From Glaucostegus cemiculus (taxonomy: Eukaryota), in NCBI GenBank assembly GCA_976551045.1, contig CDPCPM010000043.1, forward strand, positions 682,001 to 746,000: a DNA stretch of 64,000 nt, in the 5' to 3' direction. Below, piece by piece: positions 53,224 to 64,000 of the stretch. Each line of letters opens with the position of its first letter. Within the stretch, counting starts at the first letter, position 1. The notes under the pieces are model-generated. The model had not been told where the DNA came from and ran no database searches. It saw nothing but the letters and a program-made list of their open reading frames with translations. The translations under genes were made by a program, and so were the position numbers.

Positions 53224-54986
53224 GTAAGATGATCTTGAATGGCCAGTGGCTACTGAGAGTAGTATGTCAAAGCCTTGTAACTCTGTGAAGTCTGGATTCA
53301 CTTTAAATACAATAAATATAATGTGAACAGATTCATATGTAAATCTCCTCTATTTTTTTCTGGACCTTTGTGTCGTGCAGGTCATGTGTTTACTTGAAGA
53401 ATCTTTGCCGCCTTCTCATTGAATGTGACAGCTTGTCTGTGTAATCATGAACAGACTCTGCCTGGCAAACGTTCAGCAATGAAGAGTCATAAACCCCAGG
53501 GCTGACCACCCTCAAGGTCCCATTAGTGAACTGCAGTGGCTGGTCAAATACCACTAATGGAACTGTGGAACTGTCTGGTTACTATGTGTGTTCCAGGATT
53601 ATTTTATTTAGCTGTGATGCATTACTCATTACTGAAAAAAAGATAGTTTACAATTATGCATTTACTTCAAAATAATACACAATTTCACCTATCAACAATA
53701 AATTACCCATGATATTGGCTCTGCACAGTATATAGATGTAATATTTTTCATATAAAAAATAGCAATCAATTTGGGAAGAGTTCAGAAACTCTCTCCAGAG
53801 AGCTATCCAGGCCCCAAGTCGACAAGAATATTGTGACATTTGTTGAATAAGAAGTCTTGGTGGAAAAGCCTGAATGAAGATTGTGACAATTGTTCATGAA
53901 CAAGGTCCATGTGCCTGGCACAATTTTTTAATAATTTGTAGAAAAGAGCTTAGATAGAAGCACACACATGCTACTAATTTAAAGAAGCATTGCTTGAACA
54001 TTCGCATCTGTAGATATCAAGATAGATATAACTCAATATTTAAAATATTTTTGGTAGATTAAAAAAAATTGAACAAAACCGGACAAAATCCACAATATTT
54101 AGCACCACCTGTTATCATGGTCTTCCTGTCAACGGAATGTTTCCAGAACATGACAATGTTCTTATTCCCTAAGGCATCATTAATCTCTCTGAGCCACTGG
54201 TTCATTTAGTACACAAGATGGCCTGTGCTTGTCCCACAGCCACAATGAACTTCCATAACTGCATAGCTCCTACTTCCATGAAACAAAGTGGTCCAGGTGG
54301 CAGAATCTGATGCCATGCTCCCAACTACTGTTGTTAAAGAACTTTTCAATAGTCCCAAAATGTCTCTGCTTATAAAAAGAAATTTACTTAAAATACATTA
54401 ACCTTTGACAATTTAAAATGTGTATGTGTGTACATATAAGAAATAAAGGCAACAAAATACTTAACCCTCACTTACCTTTTGTAATGAATGTTGGCAGGCC
54501 CATTCAGTTTTTATCCTCCACAAATATTTGTTAAATAAAGACTGAGGGGCCAGATGTGAAGTCAGGGATGACCCAAAACTGCCCTGGACTTGGTGGCAAG
54601 TTCAGCAGCAGAGAAACAGACCAGATGAACTGACACTTAGGTTCCAGCAACATTCAGTACTTCTGTGCTACAGAAGTCATTTAAACATTATGAGTACGCA
54701 CATCCAGGGGAAGGACAACTTATTCCTAGACAAACCACTGGCCATAAGAAAGAGCAATCTGAAGATTTCCCCTTGACTACAAGCATCCATATTAGAATGT
54801 TAGGAAGTACATTGTTCTTTGCCATAACACTACTATTCACTGCTCTTAATCCATTGCATCATAGATTCAGAAGAAAACTAGTTCAGAAATAGCTCCATTG
54901 AGCTCTATATGAAGTAGTGCTGCAAAGTAGTTGGAAGATTTGCATGAAACTGGATAGCTGCAAATTATTATCTTTCTGTCTTTTAG

Positions 54987-55058
54987 ATACGACACAGCAT
55001 GATAGAAGGACAAAATGGTGAGAGGACCCTAGACACACTAATCAAATCTTATGATGAG
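54987..55058 (+). CDS. CACNA2D1: alpha2delta-1 exon (exon 20 equivalent)
   Basis: cttttag|ATA...GAG|gtacag; 72 bp; IRHSMIEGQNGERTLDTLIKSYDE. Confidence 0.93.
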
Positions 55059-55944
55059 GTACAGTCTACAGCTAATTGATTATTTAATTGGTCTCCATTG
55101 ATATTGTTAAAAAAGCATACATGAGTTGCTTGAAGTGAGGAATAAGCAGTGATCTTTGTTCTTGATTATTCATGAAGTTTCAGAGGTGAAAAAAACAATA
55201 CTGAAGACATAGCCTCCACCGCAAGTATCCAGGACAGGGTTATATTATTAGACTGTTGGTACTGAATAGATGTAATGCCAGGACATGCTTTGTCAACCTT
55301 TGCTCATGATAGAACATTGTTCTTATTTTGCTTCCCTACAGTTAGCAATACACAGATTTTATTTCTTGCTTCTGAAGAATTGATTTTCGTAGGATCTGGC
55401 TTCTCCTGCACTTCTAATCCTTCAGTATATCACTACCTACTCTGTATTACAGTGTTGAGGTGGGGAAGAAGGCATCATGTGCATTAACATCTATGAAATG
55501 TGCAAGCAGTATTCTGATAATTTTAATGTTTTTTTCAAGTACTGTCCAATGCTGGCAATCTCAATTGATATGAGGACTTTGGACTAATTCTCCATGTTCC
55601 TAATTTAGGGTCCCCTTGCCTCCTCAACAGCACAAAATGCAAAAGCAGCAACAAAATACCACATAGGCAGTATTTTTAAACACTCTGACTGCTGGAGAGT
55701 CATGGCAATCTCTAATCTTTTTGCTGGACCAATCCATTTTCAGTTCCTGTTGAATGATGCTGAAAATATCAATATTACAATAATAAAATCAGTTCAAGTG
55801 TTACATTTGCTATTAGATAAATACTGAAAGTAGAGCTTAGGCAAAATATGTTAGTTCCAGGCATGGTTATCCCCTTATTGGCCTTTTTCCTTCAAGGGCA
55901 GCATCTCTCTAACCAGCCACGAACCATTTCCTTCAATGTTCTCT

Positions 55945-56178
55945 CCAGAGTGGAGAAGAAGAGCTGTCAGCCCTTTGTGCATCATGGTTACCCCTCAACC
56001 AATGGCACTAATATACTGATAATTATTCATAGGGCTTGTTACAGGGCATTGCTGTTGATAACTAGGCTACGCCATTCCAATATAATAACAGTGTTCACAC
56101 TTCAAAGTCCTTCACTGGCTGTGAGGCATTTTGGGATGTCTTGAGGAAGTAAAGGAGATAATAAAAATGCAATGTTCA
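55945..56178 (+). mobile_element. ancient Deu-domain SINE 3' half
   Basis: gaagaagagc...cccctcaaccaa...aacagtgttcacacttcaaagtccttcactggctgtgaggcattttgggatgtcttgagg...aaatgcaa. Confidence 0.65.
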
Positions 56179-56269
56179 GTTGTAGCACACAGTGCATTAA
56201 TATAATAATGAAAAGGATACTGAAAGTAATGTTATTTTCGTTATTAATGCCCTTTGCTTGTCTTTTCAG

Positions 56270-56331
56270 AGATATATCGACAAAGGAACTCGAACATACA
56301 CATGGACACTTGTAAATAGTACAGATTATAG
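56270..56331 (+). CDS. CACNA2D1: alpha2delta-1 exon (exon 21 equivalent)
   Basis: cttttcag|AGA...TAT AG|gtaaga; 62 bp; RYIDKGTRTYTWTLVNSTDY(S). Confidence 0.95.
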
Positions 56332-57453
56332 GTAAGAGGCTCCAATGTTTTGGAGAGATCCTATTTAAGTTTGATTTAACTAATTGTCTTGGAGGGAGCA
56401 GAGTTGGTTTTATGAGCTGTTCTGTCAACGTTTGGAAGAGGTTTCATGTAGATTTCCAGCAGGCTAGCCTTTCTGTGTGTTTTTCACATGATGCACAATC
56501 AATGCAAAAGCAGCGCAATAAGGGATTTGGGTAAGTGATCTGCATGCTGAGTATGCAGCAGTTGGTCACCTGAAACTACTTGTCTTCATGCCAATAGTTT
56601 ATGCAATCCGTTAATCCTCCTTGGGCCATTATAAATGTAGCATAGGATTTTTTTCAATGTTGCCACAAGGCAAATTATTTCTCATGCCCATGAAGCCACC
56701 TGGGAAATTAGTGAGAGTCAGATGGCTGGTGAAGAAAAGAAATATGTCTCCCTTCTGCATGGCTGTTGGGGTTGGTTGGTGGGGGTGCTACTGAATGCCT
56801 TTCCGAGATCGTGGTTAAGGTACATTGTGTAGTCAATGCAGAGAGAGCTTTTCTCTGCATCTTACTCATGCTCGACTTGCAACTGCTTGAGGCTGACACT
56901 GAAGCTGTGATTTCGGGAGACAGTTTCTGTACATGGGAGCTCGCTCTGCCAGCAGGCTGGAAAATCTGTCCTTGGATCTTAAGCTTCTGCTTCGTGTCTG
57001 ATAGCCATTTTAAGACCGATGAGAACTACAGTGATGCAACAGCCTGAGCATGGCACCATCTACCCCACACAACTTTCCCATTGTAAGTCAGCACCAGCAT
57101 GAGGTTCCATAGGTCTTTTTAAAGAGGAATAATAATTGTTCCTCTGAGAGAATGTCTTTATAGGCAACTGTACCTTACAACATAACCTTGTTTGTTTTGT
57201 TGTCCCTGCATATTGATTATTTTTTCTGTGGAGCACTACCTTAACCCATTTGTTTAGCTTACGTTTACTGTTTCTCAGTTGCTACATTCATCTGCAATAA
57301 TAATTGCATTGTGCCTAAATGAAAGCTATGTGGATCCAAGTGGAAACTTGGATACCACTACGGATTGTGAACCTTGCATAAAATTATAAGTAATATGATT
57401 ATCTTTGCTTTCTTCATGATACCAGTTACCAGACTTGGAGCCAGTTATTAAGG

Positions 57454-57556
57454 ATCTAAATGACTTAGCGAAACAAAGGACTACAGATGCTGGAATCTAG
57501 ATGAAAAACACCTGCTGAGTTCCTCCAGCATCGTAGTGTTTTTCATCTAAATGACT
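57454..57556. mobile_element. miniature Penelope-repeat-derived insertion flanked by a 12 bp direct repeat
   Basis: atctaaatgact at 57454-57465 and 57545-57556; internal perfect 14 bp inverted repeat at 57498-57511 and 57536-57549. Confidence 0.7.
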
Positions 57557-58058
57557 CCATTGGTTCTATGAGCAATGTTCTTTAATTGAGACCTCCTTGT
57601 GCCAAAATAAATCCCTTTCCTTGGATTGATTCCTATATTAGAATGCTTGGCATCAGGGTAATAAACCGTTCGCATTTCATTTTGGTACATTTATGAGAAA
57701 ATGACCAAGTTTTCTATCTCCTCAGTTGCATACTGCAACTCAATCATTGCACAATAACACTGATTACATGCCTGTCCTTCATTTAGTTTAGAGAACTTGG
57801 GGCAGCTCACCCTCCTAGCTGCCTCCAAAGTATGAGTCTGTTCATGCTTCGTTGGCCAATATCAGATCAGCAGGAATCGAGTGAAGGTTTTCAAACGATT
57901 CCATTATCCCTCCATAGTCTTTAAAGATGGACAAACAAAAATAACTCCTACCCAGAATGTCACATCCATGCTATTCATGCAGCATGTGGATGAATCCAAA
58001 GAGCATTATTCTTTTCTTCTTGCTTGATTATATGATAATATCTATTTGTTTTCTCCAG

Positions 58059-58135
58059 CTTGGCATTGGTCCTGCCACCTTATGGTTCTCACTACATCAA
58101 AGCCAAATTAGACGAAGTTATCACTCAGGCGAAAC
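58059..58135 (+). CDS. CACNA2D1: alpha2delta-1 exon (exon 22 equivalent)
   Basis: ttctccag|C TTG...AAA C|gtaagt; 77 bp; (S)LALVLPPYGSHYIKAKLDEVITQAK. Confidence 0.95.
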
Positions 58136-61100
58136 GTAAGTATTGGAAAGGTGTAAGCCTGACTTGGAAATGCATGCAGTAAAGGGCAAAGTATTGACAC
58201 TGTAAAATAATAAACTATTTTAACCTGATACTTATAAAGTTTCTGAAACAGTAAGAATTAGGTTGTCAGATAGATGTCTTCCATAGTGTGAAGCAATGAT
58301 TCTAAAGCATCAGAGAAGCAGACATGCAAGGATGTAAACGACTGCATGGTTTGAACTTGTAAGAGTGCTTTTTTTTCTGTCAAAGTTCCCTTACTGAATA
58401 TGCACAATTTCCCTTGCCATGTAATTTTAGAATCATTGTACTGCTGTACCTTCTAGTTCTATGCATCCATTGGAAGGTCTGTTTACGTCAATGGATTAAT
58501 AAGTATTTCGCCTAATTGTTCAAGTGGCCTAATAGTATTCATCGAAAAGAAATCCTGTCTTTAATATTCTGAATTATTTGCTGAGAGTTTGTGTTAGAAA
58601 TGTAGCCTGGCTGCTGATAGCCACCAGGAGTAAATCAGATGGTAGCTTTCTGGAATCCTGGGAAATCAGGAAGTCACTGTTCAACTCTGGTGTGGAAACT
58701 CTCTGCATCCCACAATAATCAGTCAAAACCCAACTTCCTTTTTTCATTGGTGTTTATTCAAGGAAGTCATCCTGTTACAGACTTCCAGGATAACTTAAAA
58801 CAACAATTCATACAGTGATTATTTATACCTTTAGCCTAATTACATGCAACCTCCATCTTTCATTTACAAGGCTAAATATTGTAGATTATGTATTTTCTTG
58901 ACCAATCTTAAGTTATTTAAGTATTATCCTTTGACTAATCTGAGATGAGACTCTTTCCCCGATCAGTACCTGATCAGAACAAAATGTCCCTTTAATTCAA
59001 CCAATCAGTGTCACACCCTTTCAAAGGTAATTTGTACCCAACAGCTTGTTATTATTTCTTGTAGTGACCATATGATTCTGAAGTCCTCATGTCTCCAGTG
59101 TTCCTCCAGAGGCTTATTGCTTTATGAATAAAGCCCAGTTTTGTCTTAGAAATATTCCATGTAAAGCTAGGAAGTCAATTAAGTCCTTCACAGCCTGTTA
59201 GCTCAATTACAGAAACCAGGTCTGACTTGTTTGATGGGACATTTGATCTTTTACAAAATATTTTAGCAGTGTCACCAACATATACCCCTAGAGTTTGCTC
59301 TGCTTCTTCACAAGTTGTGGTAGACCAGTATCTCACTAAAAATATCAGTAAAAAGTATGCATTTATGAGCCCTAGTTGTTAGTTACCCATAAAATGTGCA
59401 GAACAAAATTATACCATGATCAATTTTAATTGCTGATGAGCAACCTCTTTGAAATTGAAAATTAATTTCTTCAGATTTTAATCATTATCATGGATTTAAA
59501 AACAGCAAAAGATCTTTTAATTTCTTTTTTCTGTCTCTTTTATCTTAATACTATATGTATCTCTCTTTATTTCATGTTTTGTATCTAATTTTACATTGAA
59601 TCTCACACTTCTTTCTGAATCTCTGCAATGCTCATATTCAGTTCTTCAGTCTGATTGATTAAGGAGACCCCTTGTCCTGTTCACTCACCTCCTGCATCCC
59701 CATCAGGAGGCACTAAATTGTTTTGACTATCATTGCTGCCAATTGAAAAGGCCAGAGAGAGTTTGTGTAAGGCTGCAGATGCAAAAGCAAGTACCTTTTA
59801 TTCGCCACGGACTGCAAGATCAAGACTGTCGTATTTTGAAAAAGATATTCCCCATGACCTGAGTGATTTAATTTGACCTTTCCTCTGTAAAATTAATTGA
59901 GGTAATGCTCACAGAGGTGATACAAGTCTCACCCACTTCCTTGTGCTAGTTTTGCTTGTTGTTTTATCTTGCACTTAAATATCTTAAGAATTGGAAATGC
60001 AAAATGAAACAACAATTCCCCACTTGCATGTGTGATGTCTCAAGCCTGTCAGCAGCGTGGATGGCATAGTCTTACACCAGTGCTAATTGTCCAACCCTCG
60101 AATACACTGAGTGCCATTTAGCTTTGTGTTCCGGAGTTCCTTTTTCACGTGCTTGACTGAACAAAAACCCTGGCACTTATAGCATAAAACATTATATAGG
60201 GAATCCAAAATCTCACAGAAATATTTGGATAAAATATTTCACTCGCTGACCTTTGAGCCATACATTTTCCTAGCCCGTCACAGGGCAGTATAAGTTTAGC
60301 AATAGTTTGTCATGTGGGTAAGGCATGGCAATAACCTAACCCATCACTCCTCAATCTTGAAAAAAATCAATAAAATGCTACACAGATCTTCACAATTGTT
60401 AATGTTCTGAGTTTTGTGCTGGTTGACTGTTATTACAGCCTTCCTTTAAATGTCTCCCCAGCTCTCTTGCAAACTAGTCGTGCATAAGCAAAGACTGGGT
60501 ATACACAGCCCAATAAAGATATCTAATTCTGTTGCTGATCACAATAAAATTACCAAAGGTTGAAAAAAAGTGATTTACAATTATATAAAATTCTAGTAGA
60601 ATTATTGAAATTTCACCTGCTGTCTATTGCCAGTTGTAGTCATTGGGACTGATCAGTAGATAGCAAAGAAATTCTCCCACCACCATCAGTGTGGAATACT
60701 AAATGGAGAAATTAGAACCCACTGCTGGTAATTTGAGAGCTGGACCTCCGAATTTTACCATGGGTACTGGAAGCTCTCTTCACATCATTTTTGCTTGGGA
60801 GACTTAAATGGCCATTTTTATGAATTGGACATGTTTATAAGGAAGTCATTCAGATATTTTTTTAATCGATTCAATTCTGGAGAAACAACAGAGATCTTAG
60901 AAATGATGGAGTTGTACAACATCAGAAAACTATTGCAAAGTGGTTAAGAGAAAGATTCCTGGGTATATGGTACATGTTACTGCATGTTCCTGTTTTGGGG
61001 TGCATTCAAAAGATGACATTGCTGCTGAAAACAGCCTTGTGATTTTTTGGATATTCAGTACAGATGAAAATACCACACACACATACAGAACAACACCAAC

Positions 61101-61833
61101 TCTGAGAATTTAAGATTGTCATTTACAGGCTATGTATTAAATCAGAATAATCAGATACAATTCAAAATCCAACTCTGCTAGAGCCTTGAGTTTCTCTGGG
61201 TTTTTATTTTTGCTGTGTGAGTCCCAATACTTGCTTGTGCACTTTTAAAGGACTGAGTTTAAATTTTGTATTTCATCTTCAAGATCTGCAGGAAGATTGT
61301 TGACCACCACGTAAGTTTTAAAAGCAACCTAGTGTCCAACATTAATAATGTGATGATTTGTAATAACACAGAGAGACTGACACCATATCTCAACAGGTCA
61401 TCTCACTGCATCCATTTTGCAAACCACTATTTCGACATATTACTGAAGAAATAAATTTTATTGAAGCTAAAGTCTCTTCCCTTTTTCAAAGGGCTGCAAT
61501 GTTGTTGCATTTAATACTGTGCATGATATAGCCCTAGTTTAGGGTGTTGGATACAACCAGACTTGTATTACCTTTGTGCTGATGTACATTTGTTGCTAGG
61601 TAAACAGACCTTTAAATGATGCAGTTTCTCGAAGGTAACATTAATGGTGATCACATATAGTTTTCAGTCTGCAAGCGAGTGTGTCTTTTTCAGACTTCTA
61701 CTGTGCATTAAGTCTCCCAGTATAGCACAATATTTTTATTCAAGTACTCATTGAATAAAATATTGTTTTATAATCCCTTCTACTTGACCCTTTTTCCTGT
61801 TCCCTGCTTTCTCTTTCTGATGGATTCTGACAG

Positions 61834-61845
61834 CCAAAAGTAAGG
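61834..61845 (+). CDS. CACNA2D1: putative alternative microexon (exon 23 / splice region C equivalent)
   Basis: Long pyrimidine tract, then gacag|CCAAAAGTAAGG|gcaagt. Phase 1/1 and 12 nt, giving QAK-PKSK-DLES, at the position of mammalian QAR-SKKGKMK-DSET. Confidence 0.7.
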
Positions 61846-62210
61846 GCAAGTATCTTTTTGTTAGTCAATTTCCTCATTGTGTTGTCTTTTAGAGTATACT
61901 GTAATGCACTAGAGCTCCTACCCCTGTTGGATATTTTCCTGTGTTGATCGTATCTGTCCTTTATCTATTAGCTCTTGGTGTCCCATTATCATTACATTAA
62001 TAGCTTTAGTTTACTTCTTTTATGCAATTATTGCTTGCTGTTTGTGTATTTTTTATAATGTTGCGCTATGCAAAATACTTGGATGGTGAATAATTATTTT
62101 TGCTGTTTTTGATAAGAAATTCTCTTCTAACTGTTCAATGTCAAGATCTGGCTACCTAAAGAGTACAATTGGAAGCAATAATGAGCATCTTAACAATTAT
62201 TTCTTTTCAG

Positions 62211-62271
62211 ACTTAGAGTCAATAATGCCCGATAACTTCGACACTACAGGATATGTGTATCTCGCACCAAG
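62211..62271 (+). CDS. CACNA2D1: alpha2delta-1 exon (exon 24 equivalent)
   Basis: ttcttttcag|AC TTA...CCA AG|gtagct; 61 bp; (H/D)LESIMPDNFDTTGYVYLAP(R). Confidence 0.93.
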
Positions 62272-64000
62272 GTAGCTCAGTTTAATGCTTTGTTGTGAGA
62301 GCGCATGTAAAGCATGACTGTTTGGGGAAAGAGGGGCTTGATTTGCTGTGACTTGGGAACATCTGGCACTGGACTAACTGCTTTTAAAGGTGTCCAGACT
62401 GATGACAACCTCGAGAGGTCTCTGAGATTTGGACAGGGATTCAAAAATGCTAAGATTTGACTCTTGGTGAAGAACATCATCCTTCGACCTGTATTTCATC
62501 TGTCCTGACACATCTAAATTCAAAACTTTCAATCCAAAGTAAAGAGCATCCATCTGTCATATGCAAGGAGTATTTTCAAAGTAATCAGTCACTGAATCCT
62601 CAATATTCTTAGCACAAACAGTCATTTTTAGTAAAAATGGGGCCTGGAAGACCTGGAGATTAACCAAAGTGTGCATTGTTCTTGAATATATCAAATTTAA
62701 ATCAATTCATAGGTATTGATTTAAATACAAATAACCTCAGGCAATACATTGAGATCATTTGTTCACTATAATTGTAGGCACATTCAAGCACAGAAAATCC
62801 TGCAGCGATAGATCGAAGTGCTGGCATCATTTTAATTGATACATTATTTATCCAACTAGAGGAAGTAAAAATGCAGGAATAAAAAAAAATAGAGTGAGCA
62901 CAGGCAGATTCAGATAAGAAGAAATATTATGAAGAATGAAACAATTTAAGTCAGGGAAAATAATCAACCATAACAACAGTACTAAATGAAACAAAGAGGT
63001 GAAAGTGAAGTTAATTTCGGAAGACATTCAGAGCATCTTTTGGAAGCAGTTGATTATCAAGTTGGTCACCTGCAGCCTGGAACCTGATGGCTATCAGTGA
63101 ATTGTATTCCTGGACCAATGACAACACAGCCACCTAGTCAACATCTGAAAACACAGACAGGTTAATGTTATTGTTGGGACCATTAGCACAATGATAGAAA
63201 GTGAGCAGTCCTAACATAACATGTAAAGTTATTAATTTTCTGGGTATAGGTTGAAATCATTCCAATAAAATATAACTTCATTACAAAATGCATCAAATTC
63301 GAAATATAAGAAATTGATCTGCTGCAGGAGATGGAATAATCAATTTCCACAACTTTTCACAGTTAAACTGAAAAACTGATGAGTAGCAAGCATTTAAGTT
63401 GGCAGCACATGAATATCCTTGTGTGTCAAGTGCACGGGGAAATCAGTGAATTAGATTCATGAGTGTCATTATTGAATAAGTGGCGACAGATGTCTTTCAT
63501 CATATTATTCAAATGTTTTGCAGTTTGAGTTTTTAGAGCAGCAGAAACTGCAGGCCACAGCAGGGTTAGCATTGCACTGTTCAGCCGAGCTTTGCAGACA
63601 CAGGGATTATGAGAAATGCTGTGACAAATATTGTCTTTCATCACAGTTGTCTCAAGCTCCCATTCTGCTGCACAAATAAAATCTTTTTTTTAATTTGCAC
63701 TACATAAGAAAAAGGATATTTTTAGTTAGAGCTCTAATATAGTAGCATTACTGTTGAGAGGTTTTAGAAATTGGCTTTGATACTGGAAAATGTTTTTCTG
63801 TTATTCAGAGTTGTTAAGGGGATTCATTTTGTTACACTTTAATTTGCAAAAATGTAAGTTTATGGCAAAGGTAATTAGGGATCCTTTGTTGTCCAAATGG
63901 TTGAGTGCACAATAGTGTAGACAAGGAGAATCCCAGGGTTATCTCAGCTAATCCTAGTTGGAGCAACCAAGAGGAGTTAAGGGTCTATCCAGGACTAAAA

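Overview
This is AT-rich vertebrate genomic DNA, not prokaryotic. The repeat content (HE1/V-SINE-like SINEs, Deu-domain SINE remnants, CR1/HER1-like, Rex1/Babar-like and Penelope-like elements) points to a cartilaginous fish, probably a ray or shark; that is an inference. The window lies inside one + strand gene, CACNA2D1 (voltage-gated calcium channel alpha2delta-1). Thirteen GT-AG exons matching human exons 11-22 and 24 splice in frame and encode the VWA C-terminal half and the Cache domains. All three known alternatively spliced regions are recognisable: cassette exon 18a (region A, 47322-47378), the NPKSQ alternative acceptor (region B, 53152/53167), and a much shortened region C microexon (61834-61845) with two possible in-frame donors, one of them GC. 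The introns hold decayed retroelements. I see no convincing new multi-gene system. The best leads are the dual-donor microexon, a Penelope-derived minimal hammerhead ribozyme with an intact core, a SINE family with swapped LINE tails, and candidate splicing-regulatory or poison-exon elements near exon 18a. Family names and comparisons with human proteins come from memory, not from database searches. Repeat boundaries are approximate.
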